Source: Squalus acanthias
Taxonomy: Eukaryota
Assembly (NCBI GenBank): GCA_030390025.1
Contig: CM059432.1
Span: forward strand, 63,800,001 to 63,864,000
Reading direction: 5' to 3'
Length of the DNA stretch: 64,000 nucleotides
Shown here: in pieces, positions 1 through 13,229 of the stretch
How positions within the stretch are numbered: position 1 is the first letter of the stretch
Layout of the letters: the number at the start of each line of letters is the position of its first letter
Program-made: the position numbers and the translations under genes
The notes under the pieces: model-generated
The model's database searches: none
What the model was told of the DNA's origin: nothing
What the model saw: the letters and a program-made list of their open reading frames with translations, nothing else

Positions 1-48
1 GGTGGCTCAGCTGTACAGGAGGGGTGGAGGAAGATCGGGAAAGCTATA

Positions 49-543
49 GTGATAGGGAATTCGATAGTTAGGGGAGCAGACAGGTGTTTCTGTGGCCGCA
101 GATGTGATTCCAGGATGGTATGTTGCCTCCCTGATGTCAGGGTCAAGGATGTCACTGAGTGGCTGTACAACATTCTGAGAGAGGAGGGTGAACAGCCAGA
201 GGTCATGGTTCATATTGGTACCAACGACATAGGTGGCAAGAGGGATGAGTTCCTGCATGCAGATTTTAGGGAGCTATGAAAGAGAGTAAAAAGCAGGACC
301 TCAAATGTAGTAATCTCCAGATTACTCCCGGTGCCACAAGTTAGTGAGTATAGAAATAGGAGGATGGAGCAGATGAATGCGTGGCTGGAGAGATGGTGCA
401 GGAGGAAGGGCTTTAGAATCCTGGGACATTGGGACTGGTTCTGTGGGAGGAGGGACCTGTACAGGCCGGACAGGTTGCACCTCAACAGAGCTGGGACCAA
501 AGTTCTCGTGGAGGTTTTGCTAGTGCTGTTGGGGAGGGTTTAA
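49..543 (+). pseudogene. CR1 ORF1 C-terminal SGNH/GDSL esterase domain, interrupted by a stop
   Basis: Motifs G(N/D)SIVRG, VHIGTNDI and D(R/G)LHLN in ORFs 49..279 and 331..543. Esterase domains are known in CR1 ORF1. Confidence 0.85.
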
Positions 544-699
544 ACTAATTTGGCAGGGGGATGGGCACCAGGATGTAGCATTAGAAAGGAGAATCAAGGT
601 GCACAAAGGATTGGGAGAGACAGATAGCACTAGAGTAAGAAATAGTACAGTATTAGGCGGGGTCAGACTAAGATAGAATACAAGAAGGTCTAAGATAGG

Positions 700-3480
700 T
701 TTACAGTGCATGTGTGTAAACGCACAAAGCGTGGTAAATAAGGTTGGTGAGCTGCAGGTGCAAATAATCACATGGGAATATGATGTCGTGGCAATAATGG
801 AGACCTGGCTCAAAAAAGGGCAAGATTGGGCACTAAATATTCCTGGATATAAGGTGTTCAGGAAAGATAGGGAAGGAAAGATAGGAGGTGGTGTGGCAGT
901 ACTGATTAAGGAGAATATTACAGTGCTGGAGAGAGAGGATGTCCCGGAGGATTCAAGGACAGAATCTATTTGGTTAGAGTTAAGAAGAAATAGAGGTGCC
1001 ATTACACTACTAGGTGTATTCAATAGGCCACCAACTAGTGGGAAGGATATAGAGGAGCAAATTTTCAGAGAAATTACAGAGCGGTGCAAGAACTATAGAG
1101 TAAGGATAATTGAAGTCCCCAATTATCACAATATAGACAGGGATAGTAATAGTGTAAAGGGCAGAGAGGGGAAAGAATTTCTGAAGTGTGTTCAGGAGAA
1201 CTTTCTTGATCAGTATGTTTCTGGCCCAATGAGGCCCAGCATTGCTGGATCTGGTTCTGGGGAATGAGGTGGGTCAAGTGGAGCAAGTGTCAGAAGGGGA
1301 ACATTTAGGGAACAGTGATCATAGTATCATAAGGTTTAGATTAGCTAGGACAGAGAGCAATCTAGAGTAAAAATACATAATTGGAGGAAGGCCAATTTCA
1401 GTGGGTCAAGAATGGATCTGGCCCGGGTAAATTGGAATCAAAGATTAGCAGGCAAAACTGTAGTTGAACAATGGGCTGCCTTTAAAGAGGAGATGGTTCG
1501 GGTACAGTCGAAGTACATTCCCATGAGGGGGAAAGGTAGGGCAACTAAAGCCAGAGCTCCCTGGATGACAAAAGAGATAGAGAGTATGATGAAGCAGAAA
1601 AAGGGGGCGTATGACAGATGTCAGCTTGAGAATACAAGTGAGAACCAGGCTGAACATAGAAAGTTCAGAGGGGAAGTGAAAAAGGAAATCAGAGGGGCAA
1701 GAGAGTATGAGAATAGATTGGCAGCTAACACAAAAGGGAATCCAAAAGTCTTCTATAGGCATATAAATAGTAAATGGGTAGTAAGAGGAGGGGTGGGGCC
1801 GATTAGGGACCAAAATGGAGACCTACACATGAAGGCAGAGGGCATGGCTGAGGTATTAAATGAGTACTTTGCATCTGTCTTCACCAAGGAAGAGGATGCT
1901 GCCAAAATCATAGTGAAAGAGGAGGTAGTTGAGATACTGGATGGGATAAAAATTGATAAAGAGGAGGTAGTAGAAAGGCTGGATGTACTTAAAGTAGATA
2001 AATCACCAGGACCGGATGGGATGCATCCTAGGATGCTGAGGGAAGTAAAGGTGGAAATTGCGGAGGTACTGGCCATAATCTTCCAATCCTCCTTGGATAC
2101 GGGGATGGTGCCAGAGGACTGGATAATTGCAAATGTTACACCCTTGTTCAAAAAAGGATGTAAGGATAAACCCAGCAACTGTAGGCCAGTCACTTTAACT
2201 CGGTAGTGGGGAAGCTTTTAGAAACTATAATCCATACAAAATTTACAGTCACTTGGACAAGTGTGGATTAATTAAGGAAAGCCAGCATGGATTTGCTAAA
2301 GGCAAGTTAATTAACTAACTTGATTGAGTTTTTTAATGAGGTAACAGAGAGGGTTGATGAGGGCAATGCGGTTGATGTGGTGTACAAGGACTTCCAAAAG
2401 ATGTCTGATAAAGTGCCACTTAATAGGCTTGCCAGCAAAGTTGAAGCCCATGGAATAAAAGGGACAGTGGCAGCATGGATATGAAATTGGCTAAGTGACA
2501 GGAAACAGAGAGTAGTGGCGAACGGTTGTTTTTCGGACTGGAGGAAGGTATACAGTGGTGTTCCCCAGGGGTCGGTACTAGGACCACTGCTTTTCTTGAT
2601 ATATATTAATGACTTGGCTTTGGGTGTACAGGGCATCATTTCAAAATTGGCAGATGACACAAAACTTGGAGGTATAGTGAACAGTGAGGAGGATAGTGAT
2701 AGACTTCAAGAGGACAGACAGGCTGGTGGAATGGGCAGACATGTGGCAGATGAAATTTAATGCAGAAAAGTGCGAAGTGATACATTTTGGTAGATAGAAT
2801 GAAGAGAGGCATTATAAACTAAAGGGTACAATCGTAAAGAGGGTGCATGAACAGAGAGACCTGGGGGTATACTTGCACAAATCGTTTAAGGTGGCAGGGC
2901 AGGTTGAGAAAGCGGTTAAAAAAGCTTACGGGATCCTGGGCTTCGTAAATAGAGGCATAAAGTACAAAAGCAAAGATGTTATGATAAACCTTTATAAAAC
3001 ACTGGTCCGACCTCAACTGGAGTATTGTGTCCAATTCTGGGCACTGCACTTTAGGAAGGATGTGAAGGCCTTAGAGAGGGCGTAGAAAAGATTTACAAGA
3101 ATGGTTCCAGGGATGAGGGACTTCAGTTACGTGGATGGACTGGAGAAGCTGGGGTTGTTCTCCTTAGAACAGAGAAGTTTGAGAGGAGATTTGATAGAGG
3201 TGTTCAAAATCATGAGGGGATCAAAATCTAGACAGAGCAGATAGAGAAAAACTGTTCCCATTGGCATAAGGGTCGCAAACCAGAGGACACAGATTTGAGG
3301 TGATTGGCAGAAGAACCAAAGGCGACATGCGGAAAAACTTTTTTTTACACAGCAAGTGGTTAGGATCTGGAATGCACTGCCTGAGAGGGTGGTGAAGGCA
3401 GATTCAATCATGGCTTTCAAAAGGGAATTGGATAAGTACCTGAGGGGAAAAAAATTTGCAAGGCTACGGGGAAAGGACAG
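700..3480 (+). pseudogene. CR1 ORF2 (APE endonuclease + reverse transcriptase), fragmented
   Basis: ORFs 710..1267 (ETWL, GGGVAVLIK, RPP), 1412..2206, 2515..2760, 2843..3085 and 3356..3559 are collinear pieces of one ORF2. Confidence 0.92.
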
Positions 3481-4679
3481 GGGAGTGGGACTAGCTGAAG
3501 TGCTCTTGCAGAGAGCCGGCACGGGCTCGACGGGCCGAATGGCCTGCTCTGTGCTGTAACCATTCTATGATTCTAAATGCTCAGAATTCAGCTTGTATAG
3601 TGAAGAATGACTAACAAAAAAAAATATAGCAAAATCATTTAATAATGAAGGTTAAACAGCAGTGAGAAAAGGAGACGGCTTTGACTTGATCCAAAGGCTA
3701 ATGACTGAGTTTGAATAAGGAGAGTGACACTTGAGGTTAGCAGATGAATGAAAGGGAGAATGTTGTCTATGTAAAAAAAAGTGATAGCACAAATCTGTGC
3801 ATCCATGATAGAAGGAAGTTCCCAGGTGCTTGCTGACATATAAATCAAGATGATGGTTGGCAGTTGTGATTTGAACTACAAGAGCATCAAAAAGCCCATG
3901 CAAAAAGCCATATTTAGAAGACTTCATAACAAGTGCACTTCCAAGATGTGTGACAAATCGTGACCAGTTGAAACCCTAGTTTTGGATGAAGAGTTTAAAT
4001 TTTATATCCAGTCTGAGGATAAAGAAGCAAACCAAGATTAACACAGTTATAGAGTAAATACAACTGTCCACTGTCAAAGTCTTCTCAGTGTCAAACAATA
4101 CTACACCGATTCATTGCCCCTGCATGTGATTAGCAGAACAAATACGTTAACCATAATGTAACACTCATTTAACCCTCAAAATAAGTGGACTTGATCCAGT
4201 ATCATCCTCCCCGCCAATTCCTCTACAGAAAAAATATGAACAACTTCTCTAGATAGTAATTGCCTTAAGCGCTCCAGCGAAGAATGGTTAAATAATAACC
4301 AAACCCATAAGCATGTTTGGTATTGCTGGCTGGACTGAAAATTTCAAAGTATATAAAAAAGCCAAATTAATCCCAAAATCCCTACCCCTACTAGGAAATC
4401 TTTATGGATGATCCTTACCCAATGTAGCAAAGTGTCATTACATACTGAAGAACCCAATTGCACTCTATGATTTCCACTTAGCCTCACTCCTTCAACTGAA
4501 CACTTATTCAGCTCAGAAGGGTTTCCCATTTTGCTTATACCATTTTAAATTCAAAGTTTTATCACTATAAATCAGTAATATAACATTGCAAGTTAATTCT
4601 TTAAATCTACACAAAATAATCCACATTTTAGAGTAGAGAGCTGCGCTCAGTCTTATCTATCTAACCAATTATTATCTAT

Positions 4680-6880
4680 TATTAAGGACGTAGTAACAGG
4701 GCACTTGGAAAATCATAATATGATTAGGTAGAGTCAACATGGTTTTCTGAAATGTATTCGAGCTTTTTGAGGGTGTAACTAGCAGGATAGATAAGGGGGA
4801 AACCAGTGAATGTAATATATTTGGATTTTCAGAAGGCATTCAATAAAGTGCCACATAAGAGGTTGTTACACAAGATAGGGCTCATGGGATTGGGGGTAAT
4901 ATATTAGCATGGATTGAGGATTGGTTAACGGACAGAAAACAGAGAGTAGGAATAAATGGGTCATTTTTGGGATGGCAGGGTGTAACTAGTGGTGTGCCGC
5001 AAGGTGCAGTGCTTGGGCCTCAGCTATTTACAATCTATATCAATGACTTAGATGAGGGGATCTGAGTATAATGGGGGAAGATTTCAGTTGGTTGCGCCTC
5101 CCATTAGCGCCTTAAGGGGGCGCTAATGGGGCGCAAAGCAACTAGCGCCCGGGCGCGGTGATGTTTACGCAGCTCGCGAAATTAACTCAACATTTTGCGG
5201 CAGCGCTAAACACTACCGCCATGACCTACTGCACCAGCAGATCGTGACGTCAGTCGAGTGCGCAACACCCTGGTAGTGCCCCGGAGCGGATATTGAGTGG
5301 CGCCGCCTGCCGCTAGCAACGACAGGTTGAGGGGAGCGTTTTGCAGTCAGGAAGGGACTGGGGGAGCGCTATTTAAAGGTGACCGCTTCCTGCCTTTTTT
5401 TGTTGGTGACATTTTTGAACCACGCATTCTGAGAGAGAGAGAGACTTCTGTAGAGATTCAACGCTGTGTGAAGGAGTTTTGGGTACTGAGCAGCACTTTG
5501 CAGGTTCATTTTGATTTGCCCTTCCTTGTATCGATTTAGAAGAGATTGTGGGGGTTGCACTCTGAGCTCTTTCCCTGGTTCTCTCCATTGTTCTTTCCAG
5601 CAGATTTGATGTACAGGTCTCTCTAGGCCGAGATTCAAGGCTGCAATGAGCAGGATGTGGATGGAAAGCAAGATCAACCCTCCCCTTTGAGAACTGGCCG
5701 GCGCCATTGTGTCTGTGTTCCATTGCTGACTGACATCACATGAGCTTCGCCAGTGCTCTGAGTTAGCGCCTCGCTCCTAGGCCTTTGCGCCTTAAGACAG
5801 ATGTGTAGCACCTGATTTAGCACTCCAATCACCTCCAGGGGCGATAAAAGTCAAGTTTGCAGTCGGAGGCGATAATTAGCGGCAGGCGCTAATCTTTGCG
5901 CCCGGCCGATAATTGTGCCCCAAATGGGGCAATACTGAATTTCTCCCCCAATATATCCAAGTTTGCTGACGTTACAAAGCTAGGTGGGAAAGTAAGCTGT
6001 GAAGATGATGTAAGGAGGCTGAAAAGGGATATAGACTGGTTAACTGATTGGGCAAGAAGGTGGCAGATGGAGTATAATGCAGAGATGTGTGAAATTATTG
6101 ACTTCGGTAGAAAGAATGGAAAAGCAGTATATTTTTTAAAAGGGGAGAGACCAGTAAATGTTGGTATTCAAAGGGATTTGGGTGTCCTTGTACACGAATC
6201 ACTGAAAGTTAACGTGCAGGTACAGCAAGCAATTAGGAAGGCAAATGGTATGTTAGCCTTTATTGCAAAGGGGTTGGATTATAAGAGTAAGTAAGTCTTG
6301 CTGCAATTATATAGGGCCTTGGTGAGACCACACCGAGAGTACTGTGTACAGTTTTGGTTTCCTTACCTAAGAAAGGATATACTTGCCTTAGAGGGGGTGC
6401 AACGAAGGTTCACTAGATTGATTCCTGGGATGAGAGGGCTGTCCTATGGGGAGAGATTGAGTAGACTAGGCCTATCTTCTCTGGAGTTTAGAAGAATGAG
6501 AGGTGATCTCATTGAAACATTTAAAATTCTTAGAGGGCTTGACAAGGTAGATGCTGAGAGGCTATTTCCCCTGGCTGTAAAGTATAGAACTAAAGGTCAT
6601 AGTCTCAGGATAAGGGGTCGGCCATTTAGCATTGAGAGGAGGAGAAATTTCTTTACTCAGAGGGTTGTGAATCTTTGACATTCTCTTCCCCAGAGGGTTG
6701 TGGATGCTCAGTTGATGAGTATATTCAAGACTGAGATCGATAGATTTTTGGGTACTAAGGGAATCAAGGGATATGGGGACAGGGCGGGAAAGTGGAGTTG
6801 ATGTAGAAGATCAGCCATGATCTTATTGAATGGTGGAGCAGGCTCGAAGGGCTGTATGGCCTACTCCTGCTCCTATTTCT
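4680..6880 (+). mobile_element. 5'-truncated CR1 (HER1-like 3' end), split by a MITE at 5073-5949
   Basis: RT motifs run up to 5070 and resume at 5950 (ISKFADVTKLGG). 3' end gaatggtggagcaggctcgaagggctgtatggcctactcctgctcctatttctt. Confidence 0.92.
5073..5949. mobile_element. PIF/Harbinger-type MITE
   Basis: Imperfect TIRs GGGGGAAGATTTCAG / CTGAATTTCTCCCCC and a 3-bp TSD AAT (5070-72, 5950-52). Removing it restores the CR1 RT. Termini match MITE 14702-15474 in opposite orientation. Confidence 0.9.
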
Positions 6881-7464
6881 TAGCTTAACTGACATACAAT
6901 TTTTTTGCAAGTAATCATTCATTACCTTCAGCTGCTCAATTTGACTGGGGTCATTAGCTTGATGATTGTGACTCTTGCAATGATGATTTAGAGTAACACC
7001 CAATTAATAATTTCACCTAATTCACAGGAAATAAGGACAGTTACAGAGAAGGTTGAAAGACTATATTGATCTTTGGAAAGACATATTGTTACAGTTGAAA
7101 TTTATCATGTCTGTGACAGCAGAAATCTATATTACCTTTCATTATATTACTGTAAAATATTTTTGGCTGGCATTGCATTAAGACTTCTGTAAAGTATGGC
7201 ACAGATTGTGTTTTTACAATTGTGAGATTGATTAAAAAAATGTATTAATGAAGCCTAAAATCCTAAAATCTATCATATTGTACTTTGCTTGCACTCGGGA
7301 TTTATGTAATGTCATCAGACATCAACATGCTTGCCATAAACATGTATATTGTGCTACAGTCAAACCATACTGACATATTAGTGATTTTGAAAAATCTTAA
7401 GGCAGGAGCTGTTGACTCATTAATATTTTATTTATGCTGTGCATCAATAAATACATCAATAAAA

Positions 7465-8240
7465 AGAGGGATGAGAATAGCTGCTCGCAACATCAAGGCA
7501 GCATTTGACTAAATCCTAGTAAAATTGAGGTCATTGGGAGTGAAATGGAAAACCCTCCAGACATAGAATAATGGTCATGTTTCTCAGAGGCTAATTATTT
7601 AAGCCCCAGAATATCCATGCAGGAGTTGTTCAGGGCAGCAACTTGGCCCACTCTTCTTCAGCTGCTTTATCAATGACCTCTCCGTCATAAGATCAGAAGT
7701 TGGGTTGTTTGCAGATGATTCCACAATGTTCCCAACTTCTCCAGTAATGAAGCAGCCCATGCCAGTTAGTAAGACTTCGACAACATTCAGGCTTGGCCTG
7801 ATTAAGTCCAACAAGGAAAAGCCTAACCACTTCCCCCTGAACTTTAACAGCACCATCAATATTTTGGAGGTCACCATTGGATCAGAAGCTCACCTGGACC
7901 AGCTTTGGCTATAATCCGTACTTTCCACAGGATGCACTGCAGCAGCTTGCCAAGCTTACTTTAACAGCACCTCCCTTCCCCCAAACCTACACAAGGAGAA
8001 GGGCGAAAGCAGCATTGTCATTGGAACACTATTGCTTTCAAATTTCCCTCCAAGTCATACACGGTCCTGATTTGAGCATATATTGCCATTCCTTCATTAT
8101 TGCTGGATCAATATTGTGAAATTCCTCGCTGACACCACTGTGGGACCACCATCACTGCAAGGACTGCAGTGGTTTAAGAAGAATATCCACCACCAACAAC
8201 ACCTTCTGAAGGCAACTGGGATAGGCAATAAATGTCTTGT
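7465..8240 (+). mobile_element. Old, internally deleted 3' fragment of the second (tRNA-headed) LINE family
   Basis: catcaaggcagcatttgac, FADD, and ggataggcaataaatg match the 3' half of 35492-38755. Confidence 0.8.
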
Positions 8241-8917
8241 TTTCAACAGTTTTCATCAAAATCATGTTAAATTTATGAAGTTTGAAAATATATCTAATAC
8301 CAGAGGCTGCAAATTGACTCCATAATTATCAACATGCAGAATAATTAATTTTATATGAGTCATCAGAGGATGCAACAGCCATAGATAAGCCTCCTTTTAT
8401 TGCAGGCCTTAAAAACAGAAGGCAAGCCACCAAGATCACTTCCACACATCTGCTGATGGCTGGCCAAAGAGAAGCATTGGCAGAGGCCAGAGAACCATTT
8501 CCCTACCTTTTAATTACTTTTTAAATCATCAGTTTAAACTAAATATGATTGACCGCAGCAGAGAATGCAAGAATTGGCAGCTTAGATAAAAAGCGTGGGC
8601 AAAGAAACAATGAAAACAATGAATCATTCTGTCTTATTACCAATTCTAGTTTATTTATACTTGAGGGATGTTAGATTCCTGTAATTTATTTGCTGTGACT
8701 CATAGTTTTGCACAGTATTGAATGAATTCACTTGATGCAACGGCAGAGAATCAATTGTAGCACACTTTTTTTTCGTTAGGGGTAAGACCATGACTACTTA
8801 AGATACTTTCTCCTTTTATTGTGTTGTCCAGCTTCATGCAACTTTACTAATCAGGTGAATTACTCCTTGCCCTCCACACATACTGCTCTGAATCAGGAAG
8901 CATCTGGTGGCGAACAC

Positions 8918-9575
8918 TGGGAGGAAAAATTTGTGCCAACAGCAACTCGGGTTAATGGCCGCTGAAAATGGCCGAAGTGCTACCAGGGAAAAATTTGCGC
9001 TGGGGGCGAAAGATTTTTAGGCCAGCGCTAACTTACCATGTAACGCCCTCCTGGTGGCGATAATGCAGGCATGGAAGTCAAGGTTCCCGTCCTGAAGTGG
9101 AGGTCCAGATTCTAACAGCCTCTGGAAGCGAGGCTATGGAGCTCACTAAGAATTGTGGGACATTAAAAGGGCCATGCCTTCTGAACAAATAAAAATTAAA
9201 ATGAAGTGAAAAAATGCAGTTTTCAGCCCTTACAACCTTTAAAAAAAAATTATCATTGAAAAGAAGTCCCAAATGGAAGTCTTCAGCACTTCAAGCTGAA
9301 TTCCCTACCAAACCTCAAAAAATGGGAAAAGTGCTTCAGCACTAACACAAATGGCTCAGCAAGCCAGGGAAGGGGCACCCAGGGTCTTGCGTGCAGCACT
9401 CCAGCTTTGTGCAGGGGGTCAATATTGTAAGAGAGGTCCTCTACCCACGGGGGCCAGGAGGCCCTCCAGAAAGAAGTATGTGGGAACACATGACCGAGGC
9501 CGTCACTGCCAGCAGTGTCACCCCCACCATCTGGCTCCAGTGCCCAAAAGAAGCTTCATGACCTAAGACCACTGG
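8918..9575 (+). mobile_element. Decayed Harbinger fragment with start of Myb/SANT gene
   Basis: Subterminal sequence similar to 50996-51212. MAQQAREGAPR...gtcctctacccac...aagaagcttcatgacct resembles exon 1 of the other Myb-like genes. Confidence 0.65.
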
Positions 9576-9869
9576 TTATGCGTTCCCAGTGGGTGAGGCT
9601 ATGAATTGGAATGTATATTCATAAAATGTACCCCATGGAGTCACATTTTTCCTTTGTGTTAACATTGACAAAAAAGTAGATGAGCATAAAAGGTCTACAA
9701 AATTGGCAGAAAGCAGTAATGGACTATTTCTCTCTTTGAATTGCTAATCTGAGTCTTGCTTACATCCTAATATGCGTTTACAGAAATTGCCAAAATCGAA
9801 TTTTTTGTTTGTTATGGTTTTGTTAAAAGGTAATCAAGAGCAAGTCATGTTAAATTATTTGGGGGGGAG

Positions 9870-11529
9870 TGTAAAATTCGCAATTATCGCGATTCGAAAT
9901 AACGAGATAAAGCAGTTTCGTTTCATAAGTTTTATTTCAACGAAATGCTGTCATGATTAAACAGGACACAGAAGCCTGTAAAATGGCCGCCGCGCCTCGT
10001 GGCAGAAGCTTCCAGAATTTTCAGTGGGCAGACAAGATGGCGTTCGAATAAACATTTCAGTATAAGATTGGTTAATACGCAGCAAACACTGATAAAGACA
10101 GGATGCAACCTGTCTGCATTCAACACAATAGCAAAGATATAAGTGCTGGAATCATTTTCCATGCACAAGTAAGGACTATTGTAATGGGCAATCGAAGGCC
10201 CATCCAGATACATCCATACGCAAATTCCCCACGGCTCTACAATGAGAGAGCCATTCTCGGGTGCTTACACAAGTATTCGGAGGCCCCCAAAACCCCACCA
10301 GGGAGGGTCCTAGCCGGTTCGACAATGGGGAAAACATTAACGGATAGTTGGCCAGTTTAAGGTGCTACCGAAACCCATTAAAGGAAAGAATCGCCCCATG
10401 CTGGGAGTTTTGTGCACCAGTATTACACAAAGGACAAACATTAAGATTTGGGCGGGAGATAAGGGAACTCAGCACTATAACTATAGTGAACAAACGTCCA
10501 TCGCTCTCTTATTCCTCTGATCCTCCCGGGGCTTATTCGTTTGAACTGACTCCTGACGCGGGCTGAACTTTTATTCTCCTATGTTGGGTGGAGCTCAATT
10601 TGAAACGAGTCGCCTCGACGAAGGCCAGTGACCGGGTGCACCATCCCGAGGGTCGGTAAACGGTGTTCTGGACCCGAAGGCCCGAAGAGACGAGACGAGA
10701 CGAGATGAGAAGAGAAGAAGAAGAATCCACGTGCCGCTGCGGTCAGTAAACCCCGACCGCGCCCGTAAATATAAAGACCATTTTTGAACTCTATCAGGTT
10801 GCTGCCGAACCAGTGGAAGACTCTTTCGAATTCTATCGACAACCGGTGTCAATACAGGAAGACTCTTCTTTGAATTTTACCGGTAACTGGTGTCGGTCCA
10901 GAAAGACTTTTCTTTGAGTTCTACAGCCGGGCCCGAGCACTGTCGAGTTCTTCATGACAACGGGGAGCCCAGCCTGCTAGCCGGAGCAGAGAAGATAAAC
11001 AAGTGGGGTACAGAGACCCCTTCCAACACGTGACAGTCAGGTGTTGCAGCAAAACAAGCCGAGTGCCTCGTTTAAAATTCTCCGAATTTTCACGAGTGGT
11101 GAGCATGTTTCCCGATCCTACAAATCTAGATTAGTGTAGGTATTGATAGGGGAGGGTGGTTTCATTAAGGATAAATATAATGTGTTCCCCTTTTTACGAT
11201 GTGCCGTGCGTTCCTCATTACCCTAGACCAAGTTTTATGAATGTATGTATACTTGTACTATCGTTAATTTGTGCCTATGACATGTACTTCATGATTTTGG
11301 ACGTTATGCAATAAAGATTTTCATTTCGTACTATTGAACCGGGTCTATTTGAGTTTTCTCTGCATTACTGCTCTCGCACCTAAGTCCAGTGTTAGAACCG
11401 TAAGGGCGAGTGGGTCGAACCACTCACAGGTGCTTATTGCAACAAGGCTGGCCGGAGACCAGAGCAAGCAACAGTATTAGGCAACGAAGGCCTAACCCCG
11501 CACAAGCACCTACGACCGAACCCCTTACA
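9870..11529 (+). mobile_element. Solo LTR, 1660 bp (ERV- or Gypsy-type)
   Basis: TGTAA...TTACA termini, 4-bp TSD GGAG (9866-69, 11530-33), AATAAA near 11310, internal tandem repeats 10690-10930, no coding domain. Confidence 0.85.
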
Positions 11530-11711
11530 GGAGTGACTAACTCCAGCTCAAAACTGGCATTAATCTGAATGAAGCATTATTACTACACTGACAGAATTTA
11601 ATAGTACAGAAGAATTCAGCACCACAGAGTGCTTGTATTGGCTAAACCCAGCTTTTACTTAATGTACCAGGAGCAGGAGTAATGGGTAGTCCATCGTGCA
11701 GAGGTGATAAT

Positions 11712-13229
11712 GGTCCATATTTTCTGATGCCTACAGGTGTGTACGGGCTGTGTACACACTCGTAGGGACATCGGAAATGCCGGTTTCAGGCATGCGAAGG
11801 GCATGTGCTGAAAACCGGCATTTCTGATCTGTCAAGAATGCTCTTGACAGATCGGACGCCTGCCCGGGAGAAGGGCCTCTTCAGGGGGAGAGTTCCGCTT
11901 TCTGCAGAACCTCGGCCCGCTGAAAACCCTTAGAAATCTTACGCCTGGTAAAAGCAGGCGTAAGGCCTGCTTTTACCAGCATAATAGTTGAAAAAAAGTT
12001 TAAAACATTTTTTTCCCTCATTTATAATTTAAAAATACTTTTAAAAAAAGGTAAGTTTATTTTTAGCCCCGTAAAAAACTTTAATTATTTTTTTCAAAAA
12101 ATTAAATTTTTGTTTAAAATATTTAATTTGTTGGGCCAGAAATTCGGGTCTCCACGGGTGAGTACGCGCTGTGTACTCACCCGTAGACCCAACGAAAGTG
12201 TCGGTTTCGCACTGTGCATGCGCTGGAAACCGGAACTTCCGTTCCCTTGAAGGAAGGGGTTCGGAGGTCAAACGCGTGCGCCAGAGAGGCAGCGCGTACG
12301 CATCGAACTTCCACTTTTTTTTCAGGTTTCTCCGTGAGGGTAAGTCCCTAGCAGCTGCGCGGGGAAAAAGCAGGCGCAAGGCCTGCTTTTAACAAGGTAA
12401 GTGGTGAATTAAGTAAAATTTAAATTTTTTTTCCACAGGTTTATCTTTTTTAAATACTTTAAAGAAAAGTAAGTTTATTTTTAGCCCCGTTAAAAACTGT
12501 AATTAATTTTTTCAAAAATTTAAATTTTTGTTTAAAATAGTTAATTTATGTAATTTATAATTATTTAAAAAATGTGATTTAAAAAAAAATTATTTGAAGT
12601 TTTAGTTAGGTTTTGGGGCAGATCTCTATTCATAGATTTGACAGGTCTTCCTGTCAAATCTATGAATGGAGATTCCCTGCTCCGATTGGCTCCCCATGGC
12701 CCACATGATCCCAGGGGACGCTGCGAACTAGCTTCGCCCCTGGGACATGCGAGCACTGCACACCAGCAGCTGGAGGAGGCCCAGGATCGGAATCCCACGC
12801 GGGCCCACAGTACAATGGCAGGCGCGCTATGTAAGTGCAGGTCGGGGGCTTGCACCTGCAGGAAGCCTCCGACCCAAATTTCTGGCCCACTGTAATTTTA
12901 ACTCATTTTAAAAACATGATTTAAAAAAAAAATTATTTAATGTTTTACTGTGTTTTTGGGGTGATCTCCATTCATATATTTGACAGATCTATCTGTCAAA
13001 AGTATGAAGGGAGATTCCCTTCTACTATTGGCTGGCCTGGCCCACTTGATCTCAGAGACGCTTTCGAACTGCATGCGCCTCTGGAATACGTGGGCCCTGC
13101 GCATTTCGACTGTGGAGAGGCCCAGCATTGGAAGTGTCCGGACCTCGGGAGCCCTCAGGTAAGAGTGTAGATTTTTTTCTGATAGGAGGCATCCGCACGC
13201 AGGAAGCCTCCTATCGGAAATTACGGGCC
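11712..13229 (+). mobile_element. Hairpin-rich Harbinger-TIR MITE, copy 1 (hosts copy 2)
   Basis: Termini GGTCCATATTTTC / GAAATTACGGGCC, flanks AAT/ATT (1 mismatch). Collinear with 12133-12888 and 51725-52487. Confidence 0.8.
12133..12888 (+). mobile_element. Hairpin-rich Harbinger-TIR MITE, copy 2 (nested in copy 1)
   Basis: 18-bp TIR with 1 mismatch, GGGCCAGAAATTCGGGTC / GACCCAAATTTCTGGCCC. No clean TSD. Confidence 0.85.

Larger units (their letters stand above)
1..3575 (+). mobile_element. CR1-type LINE, near full length (starts before window), decayed by stops/frameshifts
   Basis: ORF1 SGNH-esterase motifs, then APE and RT fragments ([42 protein letters not shown]) and a 3' end gccgaatggcct...ctgtgctgtaaccattctatgattcta. 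Confidence 0.95.

Noticed and set aside
520..2660. Long antisense ORFs over CR1 ORF2
   Set aside because: Expected shadow frames of a purine-rich LINE coding strand.
10690..10930. Short spaced repeats resembling a CRISPR-like array
   Set aside because: About three imperfect tandem units with related 'spacers' inside a solo LTR, in a eukaryotic context with no cas genes.
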